Below the pieces are notes generated by a model that was given only the letters and a program-made list of their open reading frames with translations, was not told where the DNA came from and searched no databases. Positions 1 through 10,639 of a stretch of DNA of 64,000 nt are shown piece by piece. This stretch comes from a virus (Duplodnaviria; Caudoviricetes): IMG/VR virus record IMGVR_UViG_3300028048_000089, positions 32,001 to 96,000 of that record; one strand, given 5' to 3'. Position 1 is the first letter of the stretch, and each line of letters begins with the position of its first letter. Position numbers and translations under genes: made by a program.

Positions 1-186
1 ACCATCTTCTTTCCAATTATGTTCCGCTCTATTTAAGCTATTAAAATCAACTAACTTTGCTCTAATAATTTCAACTACTTTTGTACATTGAAAAATCTGA
101 GTGATAACATTAGTATCAATATGATGGCTACCATTACTATTAGCAACTTGTTGAATCTCATCAATTAACTTATAAAATATGTTCAT
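1..186 (-). CDS. hypothetical protein, runs off the window edge (MNIFYKLIDEIQQ...)
   Basis: ATG at 186 with AGAGG RBS and a TTGTATAAT -10 box at ~205-213; frame is open to position 1. Confidence 0.7.
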   Translation of the reverse strand, partial: MNIFYKLIDEIQQVANSNGSHHIDTNVITQIFQCTKVVEIIRAKLVDFNSLNRAEHNWKEDG

Positions 187-216
187 AACTTAAACCTCTC
201 TTATATTATACAATTT

Positions 217-975
217 TTATAATCTCTTGTCTATTGTACATCTATGGATATCTTTTGTATCTTTTAATAACCCTTTATCCATTAATTTAATTAAATTAAC
301 TGGTTCATAATCAATTACTTCTGCACAACAATTTAAATGTTGAGAATCACCTTTATAATGTTTATTATGAACATGACCATGAATATTAAACATAATACCG
401 TCAGGGACCGATATTGGCTCATGTGATAAAATAACTCTATCATTAATCATTAAAGGACCTTCATATACTTCATCAAAGAGGCCATTAGTAATTACTTTAT
501 CATAAAGATTTCCTACAGGGGTTGGGTCCACAACTTGATAACCATGTTCTTCAGGTATAAAATCTTTTGGAAACTCATCAATAAATCTAGTATCATGATA
601 AATCTCTTTTTTATAATTAGAAGCACCTTTATCATGATTACCCATAATAAGAACTTTATATCCTGCTTTTAATTTTTTAACACATTCAATATTACCAACA
701 TCACCAAGAATAATTAAAGTATCATTTTTACCAACTTTAGAATTAATATTTTTAATTTGTAATTCATCTGTAGTTTTAACTACACTTTGTAAAAATTGCT
801 TATATGTATAATTAGTAATTTTAGTCTCATTAAATTGTTCTTCAGTAATACAAGAAAATACACCTCTTAATTTATAAGAATCTAAATCTGAAAAATGTGG
901 GTCTGAATAAACCCAAACAGTTCCATTCTTTTTTAACCATCTTTTTGCTATTTCATCATATAAATGCTTTTTCAT
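217..975 (-). CDS. calcineurin-like metallophosphoesterase
   Basis: motifs SDPH, LGDVG, GNHD, SHEP, HGHVH. Confidence 0.9.
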   Translation of the reverse strand: MKKHLYDEIAKRWLKKNGTVWVYSDPHFSDLDSYKLRGVFSCITEEQFNETKITNYTYKQFLQSVVKTTDELQIKNINSKVGKNDTLIILGDVGNIECVKKLKAGYKVLIMGNHDKGASNYKKEIYHDTRFIDEFPKDFIPEEHGYQVVDPTPVGNLYDKVITNGLFDEVYEGPLMINDRVILSHEPISVPDGIMFNIHGHVHNKHYKGDSQHLNCCAEVIDYEPVNLIKLMDKGLLKDTKDIHRCTIDKRL

Positions 976-1574
976 AATTTAAATTCCTTTACAATAGTAC
1001 CTACTGGAACATATAATTTGAAATAAGGGCTATATGAACCAGATTCTTTTATATGATATAGACTTGGTGTTATACTATCATCTTCATCAATAACTGTATC
1101 TTCACTTCTCACTTTATCTAAACGATAACCCTGTGAAGTCTCCTTATAAAAATAATAGTAGTTTACATCTTTAAGAGTACCAGAACCTAGGACGAAATTT
1201 CCTTGAATCTCTGAATTCATTTTTAAAGATACAATTTCAGTAACAAAATTATTATAAGATTGTCTTTTATATCTTCTTAAAAAATGAGTTCCACCAGTAA
1301 TAAGAGTTGCATTAATTAAACAAGATACTAAGAAACAACTAAGGAATTTAAGTACATACTTCCATTTACTTTTTTGTAGTTTCTTTAATTCATTTCTATT
1401 CTCTTCTTCATCATCATGAAAAAAATCATGTTTTATCTTATATTTAGATTCTCTTATATCCCAGTTATAACTCTCTAAACTCTCTGAGAGAGAAATTAAA
1501 GACAATACTATTCCGACTATACTTATAATACTTATTAATACTATAATAAGAATTCCCACAATATGATTAATCAT
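972..1574 (-). CDS. hypothetical membrane protein
   Basis: two hydrophobic segments; overlapping start/stop junctions with neighbours. Confidence 0.6.
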   Translation of the reverse strand: MINHIVGILIIVLISIISIVGIVLSLISLSESLESYNWDIRESKYKIKHDFFHDDEEENRNELKKLQKSKWKYVLKFLSCFLVSCLINATLITGGTHFLRRYKRQSYNNFVTEIVSLKMNSEIQGNFVLGSGTLKDVNYYYFYKETSQGYRLDKVRSEDTVIDEDDSITPSLYHIKESGSYSPYFKLYVPVGTIVKEFKL

Positions 1575-1756
1575 ACTTTGCTCCTTTTACTTAAACTCAT
1601 AACTAAATACCTTTTAAGTTCATCTGTAATATCTTCACATTGATAACCATCTTCATTATCGTATACTTTTTCTTGGATAAAAATCTTAACATCTTCTCCA
1701 GAACTTCTACCTAACAATAATAATCGTAAAACATATTCTTCTAAATCACTCATCAT
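1571..1756 (-). CDS. hypothetical protein
   Basis: GGAGG RBS; packed in operon. Confidence 0.6.
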   Translation of the reverse strand: MMSDLEEYVLRLLLLGRSSGEDVKIFIQEKVYDNEDGYQCEDITDELKRYLVMSLSKRSKV

Positions 1757-1774
1757 ATTGCCTCCAATTAAATT

Positions 1775-2107
1775 TTAAAAACAGTAAATATACTTTGGTG
1801 ACTTCTTTGCTTTGAGTTCTTCAAATGCTTCATGGATTCTTTCCGCTTCTGCAATAAGATATTCTCTATCTAAATCTGCAACTTTACATTTTTCTTTGAA
1901 ATCTTTTAAGTCAGTAAATTCAGGAAGTTTTGAAGCAACAACGAAGTTAATTGTTTGACCCTTGCCGTGAGAATCTTTTTCAACTTTACAAATTAATGTA
2001 TTATATATATGTTTTTTAATATAAACATTTGTTCCTTGATATTTAATTTGGATTTGAACTTTATAACCTCTTGCTTTTAATATTTGTCTATAGTTAGTTG
2101 CTTTCAT
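1775..2107 (-). CDS. hypothetical protein
   Basis: ORF track; packed in operon. Confidence 0.6.
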   Translation of the reverse strand: MKATNYRQILKARGYKVQIQIKYQGTNVYIKKHIYNTLICKVEKDSHGKGQTINFVVASKLPEFTDLKDFKEKCKVADLDREYLIAEAERIHEAFEELKAKKSPKYIYCF

Positions 2108-2112
2108 ACCAT

Positions 2113-3018
2113 TTAATCCTCAAATCTTTCTTCTTTAACTAACGGATGTTTTTCATCATAATCAGGACTATTCCAATCAATGTATCCATGTTTATCTTGT
2201 GGGTAGTAATAAGTCTTTCTATAAACAACTTTACCATCATCATTAATATGCTCAAATACTAGATTGTCAACATCAAATCTACCATTGCAAGTACATTTGT
2301 ATGTAAGACCGTCAAGATTATCCCACCATTCTAAATAGACATTGTAGATGTCAAAGTCATGGTCTCTTAAGTATTGAAAGAATTTTTCAAGTCCTGCTTC
2401 TAATTGAGGGGCAATGCACCATCTTAAACTTTCAACAATACCAATAACCATAGAATTAATATTGTTAACATTACATGCTTTATCTAACTTTTGATATTTT
2501 ACTAAGCTATCAAATGTCCAGCCATGCCAATAACCATCATATTTATAAAGTTTATTAATAGCATCTTTATAATATTTAGATAAACATGGTTCATTAAACT
2601 CAGAAGAACAAAAAGTACTAGAGGATGAATCATATCTATCTTGCTTAACAGCATATCTAAACCCACATTCACCTTGTTCTAATAATTTAAATGCTTCATC
2701 TAAATATTTTCTTGCTTTTGGTAAAGAATAAACATCTGCTTCTTCAACATGTAAAACATATTCATTATCATCACTCTTATCTTTCTTTTTAGGTGTTTTA
2801 TATCTATTAAGCATTATAGGGGTGCTAATCTTAAATTGTTCTTCTGGATAAGGGAGATATAGATGCTTACGCCATTCCTTCATCCATTTTCTATAAGTCT
2901 CTTTTTCTTCTTCAGATAGATTACTTCTCCAAGGAAAAGGTTCTGGTACTTTGTAATTATTTTCATATGGGGAACAACTAAGTTCCATACAACCTCTAAT
3001 ATATGTCCAATCACTCAT
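2113..3018 (-). CDS. hypothetical protein
   Basis: 301-aa ORF with GAGG RBS. Confidence 0.7.
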   Translation of the reverse strand: MSDWTYIRGCMELSCSPYENNYKVPEPFPWRSNLSEEEKETYRKWMKEWRKHLYLPYPEEQFKISTPIMLNRYKTPKKKDKSDDNEYVLHVEEADVYSLPKARKYLDEAFKLLEQGECGFRYAVKQDRYDSSSSTFCSSEFNEPCLSKYYKDAINKLYKYDGYWHGWTFDSLVKYQKLDKACNVNNINSMVIGIVESLRWCIAPQLEAGLEKFFQYLRDHDFDIYNVYLEWWDNLDGLTYKCTCNGRFDVDNLVFEHINDDGKVVYRKTYYYPQDKHGYIDWNSPDYDEKHPLVKEERFED

Positions 3019-3039
3019 AATGTTATACCTCTCTATATA

Positions 3040-3846
3040 CTATGTGTTCAAATCGTAGCTGCAATCAAAATAGTCATACTCATATTCATTATTACGATAC
3101 AAATATTTTAAATTATCTATATATGCTGTTGCATCTTCCTGAATCTTCTTTGATGCTTCATCATTTGTTGGATAACTTAGATTAAAAAATTCACTTTTTA
3201 AATATTCAATATCATCATCAATACGCTTAAAGACTGATGCAAAGTCTTGTAAATTTGTATCAATTTGATTTTCTGATGATATTGTAAAACTAAATTGTTC
3301 AGTATCCAAATTAACAGTTATAACAACTTTAAATATTGTTTCAGTATTTGTTGTATAATCTTTATAAAAACTTAATTCATTTTTTAAATCTCTAAAGAAA
3401 TTATAACATGTAAAATCTCTAGAAAATAATAAATCTTTAATTTTATCTTCATATAGATTATCTTTAATTATTTTAGTATAAACTTCTAAATATTGTTTAA
3501 TTATTTGACTTGCTACTTCTTTATTAGCAATAAAATTATAGCGTAAGCCTGTTTCTCTTGCTAAGAATCTTAAGTAATTATTTTGTTTTTGTGTTGCTGT
3601 AATTTTATAGTCTTTTGGAAACTTCCAAGCATCTATACTACTTAATTTATAGTCAACTGCTCTACTACCATCACCGCTAATTTTACAGTCTTTACACCTA
3701 CACACACCCCAAGTATTATCAAAACCATGATACTCATCATAGTCATCTAAACACGAAGGGCCATCATCATGATAAGTTATTTTTAAAAGTTTACCGCAAT
3801 TAGGACAAATAGCTGTTTTATAATCTAAATCTGTATAATCTATCAT
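3040..3846 (-). CDS. hypothetical protein with N-terminal zinc ribbon
   Basis: CPNC...CRCKDC; follows a consensus sigma70 promoter. Confidence 0.65.
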   Translation of the reverse strand: MIDYTDLDYKTAICPNCGKLLKITYHDDGPSCLDDYDEYHGFDNTWGVCRCKDCKISGDGSRAVDYKLSSIDAWKFPKDYKITATQKQNNYLRFLARETGLRYNFIANKEVASQIIKQYLEVYTKIIKDNLYEDKIKDLLFSRDFTCYNFFRDLKNELSFYKDYTTNTETIFKVVITVNLDTEQFSFTISSENQIDTNLQDFASVFKRIDDDIEYLKSEFFNLSYPTNDEASKKIQEDATAYIDNLKYLYRNNEYEYDYFDCSYDLNT

Positions 3847-3881
3847 TACTTTTATACCCTCCTTATAACTATTCTATGTAT

Positions 3882-3910
3882 ATTATAAAAATTAATCATT
3901 TAAATGTCAA
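3882..3910 (-). promoter_or_regulatory. consensus sigma70/sigmaA early promoter
   Basis: minus strand TTGACA-17 nt-TATAAT. Confidence 0.85.
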
Positions 3911-4890
3911 CAATTATTTTGCAATAACCACTCATCACTGGATACAATAGGTAGTTTATTAAATTCTTCTTCAGTTAAATCATTAACATCTTTGCCTCTA
4001 GGAATTAAAATAATATCAACAAATACATCTTTTCTAATATTTGTAAGAAATCTTTTAATACCTCTATCTCCAGCAGCATCTCCATCAAATGCTAAATAAT
4101 AATGCAGTATATTACTTGCATTAAGAATATCATATTGATGTTGTGTGCCTGTTCCAAGCATTGCAATCGCAGGGATATTCCAAGACCAAAGAGATAAACA
4201 ATTAAATTGAGATTCTACAATAGTTACTTCTTTTAGATTATTTCTTTTTATCACATTATATAAATAAATTGGTTTTTCTTTATCAGTGTCAATAATGAAC
4301 TTTTTATTTTTGACACTTCTCTTTGTAAGCATATATAATTTATCATTTTCATCCCACACAGGAAAAACAATGCAAGAAGTATTTGTGTCATACCTAAGTT
4401 TAAACTTTTCACAAACTTGTCTTGAGATATGTCTTGAATCTAAATAAGGATGCCACTTTTGAAAAGTATCTAGAATTGATTCATCTAGATACGCTTTTTT
4501 CTCTTCTTGATTAAATGAGAAGTCATACAAATCATCATTTCTAACTTCGGTAACAATATCACCAAAGTTATCAACTAACCATTTCTCCCCATATGCTTCA
4601 TCTTTATCAAAACACTCACCTATAAACTTAGATAATCTACCGCTAAACCCACAAGCAAAGCAATGAAAATAACCATACTCTAAGTCACTATGTTTAGATG
4701 CATTAATATAACAATCAGGGTTCTTTTCCCTGCCTTCATCATGATGTGGACAGGTTACTTTAACTTCATCACCTTTAGATTTAAAATAACTAAGCTTACC
4801 ATTTGTTAATTGGTTTTTAACTTTAGTAAGTATCTCTTCAATAGAAGCACTAATAACATGATTATTGATTACTAATTCCATTAGAAACAA
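3907..4890 (-). CDS. dnaG: DNA primase (CHC2 zinc finger + TOPRIM)
   Basis: CPHH...HCFACG zinc finger; VES..NCLS and FDGDAAG TOPRIM motifs; GKDVND; adjacent to helicase. Confidence 0.9.
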   Translation of the reverse strand: MFLMELVINNHVISASIEEILTKVKNQLTNGKLSYFKSKGDEVKVTCPHHDEGREKNPDCYINASKHSDLEYGYFHCFACGFSGRLSKFIGECFDKDEAYGEKWLVDNFGDIVTEVRNDDLYDFSFNQEEKKAYLDESILDTFQKWHPYLDSRHISRQVCEKFKLRYDTNTSCIVFPVWDENDKLYMLTKRSVKNKKFIIDTDKEKPIYLYNVIKRNNLKEVTIVESQFNCLSLWSWNIPAIAMLGTGTQHQYDILNASNILHYYLAFDGDAAGDRGIKRFLTNIRKDVFVDIILIPRGKDVNDLTEEEFNKLPIVSSDEWLLQNNC

Positions 4891-6173
4891 TCCTCATCAG
4901 TAGTAAATTCTTTAGCATATGAGACTTCTTCAAATCTATCTTCAACATTTACAGGCTTTCCGCCAATACCATCTTTAGCATCTGGTATATAAGTGAATTT
5001 ACCTAAGTTTAAATCAATATGATATGTTAATACTTTACCATTTTCACTATCTCTAGATTTAACTAAATGAAGTTTCATAATATCATCTTTCTTCTCTAAA
5101 AAGATAATCATTGTACTATCTTGACCAATTCTATCAGATTGTGCAATTTGAGTAGTATCAACACCGTTCTCACTTGCAGTTCTATTTTGTTGACAAACAC
5201 TAATAATAGGAATTCTCTTCATCACCTGTAGATTCTTCAAGTCTTTAGAAATATTACTCATCTTTTCAACAGGAGTTTTACCTTTTCGTTGGTCTTCTAA
5301 TAAAGATAATTGGTCAACATATAAAACATCTAAATTCTCTTTTTCAATAAATAATCTCAATGCATTTACATCTGCAGGACCATTAATCATATTTGGAGTT
5401 AAAACTTTTAAAGACCCATTAAACTTTTCAGGTAATGAATCTATATATTTTTTATATTCATTTTGAATTGCAACATTACCATGTGTCAACCCACCATTTG
5501 AAATATTTCCAATAAGAGTATCAATACGATAACCAACTTTTCTTTCACTCATTTCACCTGAATAAATGCCAACATTTAAACCTTGTTTACAAGAAGCCAC
5601 AGCACACTTTAAAAGAATCCATGACTTACCATAATTAGTTCTAGCTACAATCGTTGCTAATTCTTCTTCTCTATCAAAACCACCAACAATTTGGTCTAAT
5701 TCAGGAAAACCTGTAGAAATATAGTATTTACCAAATTCTTGAGTTCTTTCTACATAAGCATCATATCTACTTCTATCTTTTAATAAATCTACACAATGTA
5801 ATGTAATACCTTGTGACATGTTCTCAACTGTATCTTTAATTTGCTTAACAGCATCATCAACTTTACCTTCAATTAAAGATGGTTTAATTTTATTGACAAC
5901 TTCAACAATCTTTCTTGTATTGTAATCATCAAATAAAGATTTAATTAAAAATTCAGGTGATTCAGTAACATTAAGTCTTTCAATATGAAAAATTGAAAAG
6001 AAAGTTTCAACATCAGGTATTTTACCATATTGTTCTAAGTGGTCTTTAATAAATCTAAATTCTTTTTTAAAATCACTAAAATATTCCTCAGTTAAGTTAT
6101 TAAGTGCAATTAAAGAACTATCTTTAGTTGTTAAAAGATAGTTTATAACTTGTAATTGTGGAATTTGTGTCAT
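4881..6173 (-). CDS. dnaB: replicative DNA helicase, DnaB/SF4 family
   Basis: STGFPELD, Walker A ARTNYGKS, SGEM, YVDQLSL, QQNR, SDRIGQDS, KSRD. Confidence 0.92.
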   Translation of the reverse strand: MTQIPQLQVINYLLTTKDSSLIALNNLTEEYFSDFKKEFRFIKDHLEQYGKIPDVETFFSIFHIERLNVTESPEFLIKSLFDDYNTRKIVEVVNKIKPSLIEGKVDDAVKQIKDTVENMSQGITLHCVDLLKDRSRYDAYVERTQEFGKYYISTGFPELDQIVGGFDREEELATIVARTNYGKSWILLKCAVASCKQGLNVGIYSGEMSERKVGYRIDTLIGNISNGGLTHGNVAIQNEYKKYIDSLPEKFNGSLKVLTPNMINGPADVNALRLFIEKENLDVLYVDQLSLLEDQRKGKTPVEKMSNISKDLKNLQVMKRIPIISVCQQNRTASENGVDTTQIAQSDRIGQDSTMIIFLEKKDDIMKLHLVKSRDSENGKVLTYHIDLNLGKFTYIPDAKDGIGGKPVNVEDRFEEVSYAKEFTTDEDCF

Positions 6174-6176
6174 ATT

Positions 6177-6893
6177 CTACCTCCCAACTAAAGACCTCTT
6201 ATCGGCACCTACTAATTCAACATCATCAGATAATAAGACAATTCTTGAATATAGTCTATCACCAATAACTTGATGTAATTCTTCATCATTTAAATTTGAT
6301 GTATAAATATTTGCTTTACCACTATCAATTCTAATGCTAATAAGGTTTAAAATATTTTCATGTTCAAATTGTGTCAACCCTTTTGTACCAACTTCATCCC
6401 AAATAACAATATCTGCATCTAATACATGGTCTTTGATATATTGCACATAATCGCTCTTTTGAGAGATGTTATCTTTAATTGCTAATAAATACCTTGGAAC
6501 ATTGATAAACAATGCTCTAGAGTCTTCTATTGAAGATTCTAACCATATATTTGAAAAGTATGCTTGAACAAGTCTCAATGCCCAACTAGTTTTACCATTA
6601 CCTGTAATAGAAGAGTGAATGTATAAATTACCACCTGTTGACACGAAATTCATAATATTCTTCTCAATAGTTGACAAATATTTATAATTTGAATCATCAC
6701 TTTCATCTGCATCTAATAAGAATGTTACTCGTTGTCTTTGCTTATTTGAGATTAAAGCATTATCATAAAGTTTTGACAATTTAAAGTTTTTTACACAAAA
6801 ACTATCATCACAATGATAGCCAGTATCATTACAAGTATCTTTTAACCAACAATTTTTACAAATTTCTAAATCTTTCATCATCTTATTATACAT
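6177..6893 (-). CDS. DnaC/IstB-like AAA+ helicase loader
   Basis: TGNGKT Walker A, IWDEVG Walker B, YTSNL, GDRLYSRI, GADKR. Confidence 0.88.
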   Translation of the reverse strand: MYNKMMKDLEICKNCWLKDTCNDTGYHCDDSFCVKNFKLSKLYDNALISNKQRQRVTFLLDADESDDSNYKYLSTIEKNIMNFVSTGGNLYIHSSITGNGKTSWALRLVQAYFSNIWLESSIEDSRALFINVPRYLLAIKDNISQKSDYVQYIKDHVLDADIVIWDEVGTKGLTQFEHENILNLISIRIDSGKANIYTSNLNDEELHQVIGDRLYSRIVLLSDDVELVGADKRSLVGR

Positions 6894-7360
6894 TATTTTT
6901 TATCAAATCTTAAGTTATTCCATTCTTCTTTAGAACAGTATTTAGATACATCTAAAGTACTGTGCGAATCAGTAGAAGCATTAAGCCATGCCGTAACAAC
7001 AAGATTTCTATTGTAATCAATACTAAAATCTCTAATGTCTGTACCAGGTCTAATTACTAAAATTAAGTCTTGTTTACCTGTAGTATGAACTCTAACACAA
7101 TACTTAGTAATCATCCAATATCCATCTCTACCTTGAAGTTCTACTTCAAAGGGTTCTTGAGGGAAGTTTCTAATAACCTCTAATGCAGTTTTAACTTGTT
7201 CCATTAAATAATCATGACTTTTATCTTCTACATTATCTAAATGTTCTTGAAGATGTCTTGACAATTGATAGTCATATAAATGTATTTGTAAGTCTTTCAC
7301 AGACTCTTGTGTACCATGAGGAAAATATACCTCTTTATGAAATAATAATGTTTTTATCAT
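6893..7360 (-). CDS. hypothetical protein
   Basis: ORF coupled to neighbours; VVTAWLN...D.H.TLD motif. Confidence 0.6.
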   Translation of the reverse strand: MIKTLLFHKEVYFPHGTQESVKDLQIHLYDYQLSRHLQEHLDNVEDKSHDYLMEQVKTALEVIRNFPQEPFEVELQGRDGYWMITKYCVRVHTTGKQDLILVIRPGTDIRDFSIDYNRNLVVTAWLNASTDSHSTLDVSKYCSKEEWNNLRFDKK

Positions 7361-7361
7361 A

Positions 7362-8099
7362 TTAATATTTTTTATCGCTTAAATTATTTGAAGATGCAAC
7401 TTTTAATTTTGTTGTTCTTACCGATTTTGAATTTTCTAAAAGTTTTTGTTCTTTCTCATAAGAATCAATTGCATATACACAATTTGTCCAACCTTGAGAT
7501 GTTGCTTTTGCAATTATATCTAATGCTTTTTGAACATCAGAACCTGCATACTTAAACAAAGTATTTTGAAAATCTAAAACTGTTTCTTTAATAACATATT
7601 TACCTTCATCATAAACAGACTCTAACCACTCAACTAGTGCTTTATGAATATTTACATTATCATTTGATAATAAATTTAAAAGTGCATATTTAATACTTTC
7701 TTTTTTAAGTTTCTTAGAGTCAGTTTTATTCTTTGGAAGATTTATTTGCTTACTTATCTTGCTTAACTCTTTAGAATCTTCTTCAGCAATTATTTGCATA
7801 AAAATCTCAACATCAAATCTTATTTTATCGGGGTTTTCTGCACTTGTTGTAATCAAACCAACTTTACTAAGAGATGCATCACAAAGATATTGCTCATCAA
7901 CTTTAATTGATGTCTTAGACTTCACATAATCTCTATTTAAAACAAAGAAATTATTCTCATCTAATTTCTTCTTCTTTCTTGCTTTAGCATAAATATCTAA
8001 TAACTCAGCACAATAAACAGCATTAGTCAAACCAATGATTTGTGCAATAGTAACATTAAAAGTTAAATAACTAGATGGACTAACAACATCCGAAAGCAT
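7362..8099 (-). CDS. putative replication initiator / replisome organiser
   Basis: wHTH-like N-terminus (IAQIIGLTNAVY); sits upstream of loader-helicase-primase. Confidence 0.5.
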   Translation of the reverse strand: MLSDVVSPSSYLTFNVTIAQIIGLTNAVYCAELLDIYAKARKKKKLDENNFFVLNRDYVKSKTSIKVDEQYLCDASLSKVGLITTSAENPDKIRFDVEIFMQIIAEEDSKELSKISKQINLPKNKTDSKKLKKESIKYALLNLLSNDNVNIHKALVEWLESVYDEGKYVIKETVLDFQNTLFKYAGSDVQKALDIIAKATSQGWTNCVYAIDSYEKEQKLLENSKSVRTTKLKVASSNNLSDKKY

Positions 8100-8895
8100 T
8101 TATAATAACCTCTCTATCTTGTTGTAAATTAATTAATGCATGTTTAACTAATTCACCTAATACTTTTTTATTATTATGAGTTAAAGAATCAAGTTTTGTA
8201 CTTAAAACATTATCTAATTTATATCTATGCTTAAATGACTTAATATAATCTTTTTGAGACATTCCTGAAATAACTTTAGAGATATTAAAACCTGCTTTAT
8301 TGAAACAATCATTGTAACAAACACTATCAATAATCATAGCACTTAAAACGTCTCTTGATTTTAATTTATATTCAACTAAATCTTTAATTGCAGACATCTC
8401 ATCTTTATCTTCAACAAATAAACATTCGGAAGAATCTCCAAATATTTCAACAGATTCTTCAACAGAAAATGTCATATAATTAAGTTTTCTTGAGTCAGTA
8501 TTTGATTGTTGAAATGCTCCTTGCATTATAGATGTAATACATTGATTAATGCACTTTTCAGCACCATGTTCTTCTTTACTAACTTTCTTTGAAGAATCTA
8601 ACCAACTCTTATATTTAAATACTTTTACAAAAGCATCATAGAGCATACTTACTGCATCATCAATTTCAATCTTCAATGATTTTGTCTTGTCATAGATGAA
8701 TGGTACCATATACCAATATCTTACCATTAAAGCACTTAAACAACTACTCATCATCTCTTTATTATTAAGTTTTTCATACTTAACATACTCATTTGCGAGA
8801 AACTCAATATCATTAAAATCTTCTTTTGTACCTACATGAAAGAGTGGTAATCTTTTTGCATCTTCTAAAAATAATTTATATGAATCTTTTAACAT
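8080..8895 (-). CDS. putative phage sigma-factor-like transcription protein
   Basis: region-2-like helix pattern (LMVRYWYMV...EIDDAVSMLYDAFVKVF...KCINQCI). Confidence 0.45.
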   Translation of the reverse strand: MLKDSYKLFLEDAKRLPLFHVGTKEDFNDIEFLANEYVKYEKLNNKEMMSSCLSALMVRYWYMVPFIYDKTKSLKIEIDDAVSMLYDAFVKVFKYKSWLDSSKKVSKEEHGAEKCINQCITSIMQGAFQQSNTDSRKLNYMTFSVEESVEIFGDSSECLFVEDKDEMSAIKDLVEYKLKSRDVLSAMIIDSVCYNDCFNKAGFNISKVISGMSQKDYIKSFKHRYKLDNVLSTKLDSLTHNNKKVLGELVKHALINLQQDREVIINAFGCC

Positions 8896-8934
8896 AATTA
8901 ATTTACCTCCAACTCAATAATTATAAACTAATAA

Positions 8935-9594
8935 TTATTTATTGTCAAGACCCCAAAGTTCTACAAAATCAATATTATATTTCTTTTTTAAATCAACTTT
9001 ATGTTTAACTACATTACCATTTTTACCCTTAGTATATGTATGAATTAAAGGGATATCTTTTTTAGTTAGCCTACATTTTTTAAGTTCTTCTTCATTTGGT
9101 TCATACTCTTTTTTAAAGCAATCAGGACACACATACTCTACCCAACCATAGGTTCTGTATCTTGCAGGTTTACCACAAAAGAAACAATACCCCTCAGATA
9201 CTAATTCATATTTATCAAGGACTGTTTGAATTTCATCAGTAGCACTAGCATATAATCTAAGACTACCCCATTTTTCTTTGATTTGTTGCCATTGTAACAT
9301 CTTTTTCCAAGAGAGATGCTTACAAAGTCTTTTTCTTGATTCTTTACCTGCTTGTTTGATTTCTTCGCTCATTTGTTTACCGAAAGCAATTCTCCAACCC
9401 TTTGGAATACTATCATATTCAGTAAATGCATAACCGCAGAATTTACCTTTCCAAACATTATAAACTCTATAGAATGGATACTTTAATAAGAAAAAGAAAT
9501 TCTTCCAATGCCATAAAAATGATATATGATTAATAAATTGATTGTGACCTAATGCATAACCAAGTTTTCTAAAAAATTTCTTTACCTTTTTCAT
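8935..9594 (-). CDS. hypothetical protein with zinc finger
   Basis: QIKEKWGSLRLY motif followed by CFFCG...CPDC. Confidence 0.65.
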   Translation of the reverse strand: MKKVKKFFRKLGYALGHNQFINHISFLWHWKNFFFLLKYPFYRVYNVWKGKFCGYAFTEYDSIPKGWRIAFGKQMSEEIKQAGKESRKRLCKHLSWKKMLQWQQIKEKWGSLRLYASATDEIQTVLDKYELVSEGYCFFCGKPARYRTYGWVEYVCPDCFKKEYEPNEEELKKCRLTKKDIPLIHTYTKGKNGNVVKHKVDLKKKYNIDFVELWGLDNK

Positions 9595-9812
9595 TATTTA
9601 ATAATCCTCCAATTTGGACATGGAAAGCCATTTACCATATCACTTTCATACTTATCAACATACTTTTTTAATTTTGTGTAATCATTTAAAATCTTTTTAA
9701 TTAACTCAAAAGTACTAGAATCCATTACCATAACCACTGTTTCTTGGTTATCACCTACATACCACCACTTTAAAAATGTTTCTGATTCTTCTACTTGTTT
9801 TTGTTCAACCAT
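9594..9812 (-). CDS. hypothetical protein
   Basis: AGGAG RBS; TTGTATAAT box at ~9838-9847. Confidence 0.6.
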   Translation of the reverse strand: MVEQKQVEESETFLKWWYVGDNQETVVMVMDSSTFELIKKILNDYTKLKKYVDKYESDMVNGFPCPNWRIIK

Positions 9813-9854
9813 AAGACTATCTTACTCCTTCTTTAAATATTATACAAGATATTA

Positions 9855-10025
9855 TTATAAATGTGAACTGATATATTCATTATCTTCAGCATCTACACAC
9901 TCTATACTTGTTACAAAAATATGATTCTTATTTCTTTTAATAAATTCAACTGTTTGTTCAGGATAGTCAAATCTCTCAACAAATGATTTGCCGTTGCTAA
10001 TGTCAATAAAATAAATTGTAATCAT
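9855..10025 (-). CDS. small hypothetical protein (56 aa, MITIYFIDISNGK...), not in ORF track
   Basis: AGGAG RBS at ~10032-10036, ATG at 10025, TAA at 9855-9857; fills the gap between genes. Confidence 0.6.
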   Translation of the reverse strand: MITIYFIDISNGKSFVERFDYPEQTVEFIKRNKNHIFVTSIECVDAEDNEYISSHL

Positions 10026-10034
10026 AAAGTTCTC

Positions 10035-10349
10035 CTAATATGGTAAATAATCTTCCATATGATAATCTAAAGAATAATTATCTAAAAGTTTACAATAAAT
10101 ATATTCTTCAATGTCTTTAAATTCACCAGAATTAACTGCATCTTCAGCCTCTTCATAAGAAATCCAAGTTGCATATTTATTACCAATTTTAACATAAATT
10201 TCTTGACCAGGCATTAAATCTTTAAAGTCATCAAAAACTTCATACTCATATTGAGATTGAGTATAATAATATCTTATTCTAATAGTCTTAGTATAAGTAG
10301 ATTTGCAATCTCTTAATCTAACAATAACTTGTTTCATTATTTTACCCAC
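10035..10349 (-). CDS. hypothetical protein
   Basis: ORF track. Confidence 0.6.
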   Translation of the reverse strand: MGKIMKQVIVRLRDCKSTYTKTIRIRYYYTQSQYEYEVFDDFKDLMPGQEIYVKIGNKYATWISYEEAEDAVNSGEFKDIEEYIYCKLLDNYSLDYHMEDYLPY

Positions 10350-10531
10350 ACTTTCTTTATATATTCTAGAAGTTCAATTGCTTCTTCAAAACCTTCTCGT
10401 TTTCCAAAGCAACAACCTTTTTCAAAAGCATCTAGATAAGGTTCTGTTGACCTTCTTTCTTGGTCTTTAATACATGAATTTAAATCGTCAATCGCATCAT
10501 TAATGATTTCTTCAAATTTTTTCTTTGTCAT
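10337..10531 (-). CDS. hypothetical protein
   Basis: GAGG RBS; first gene after the early promoter. Confidence 0.6.
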   Translation of the reverse strand: MTKKKFEEIINDAIDDLNSCIKDQERRSTEPYLDAFEKGCCFGKREGFEEAIELLEYIKKVWVK

Positions 10532-10558
10532 ATTAAATTACCTCTAACTTTCGTATAT

Positions 10559-10587
10559 ATTATATCATTATATCAAAAAGAGGTCAA
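10559..10587 (-). promoter_or_regulatory. sigma70/sigmaA early promoter
   Basis: TTGACC-17 nt-TATAAT. Confidence 0.75.
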
Positions 10588-10616
10588 TAAAAAAGTGGCC
10601 TTTATGACCACTTTTT
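10588..10616 (-). terminator. intrinsic terminator
   Basis: AAAAAGTGG...CCACTTTTT hairpin with T tracts. Confidence 0.7.
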
Positions 10617-10639
10617 GACCCAGTTTATATTTTAGTAAA

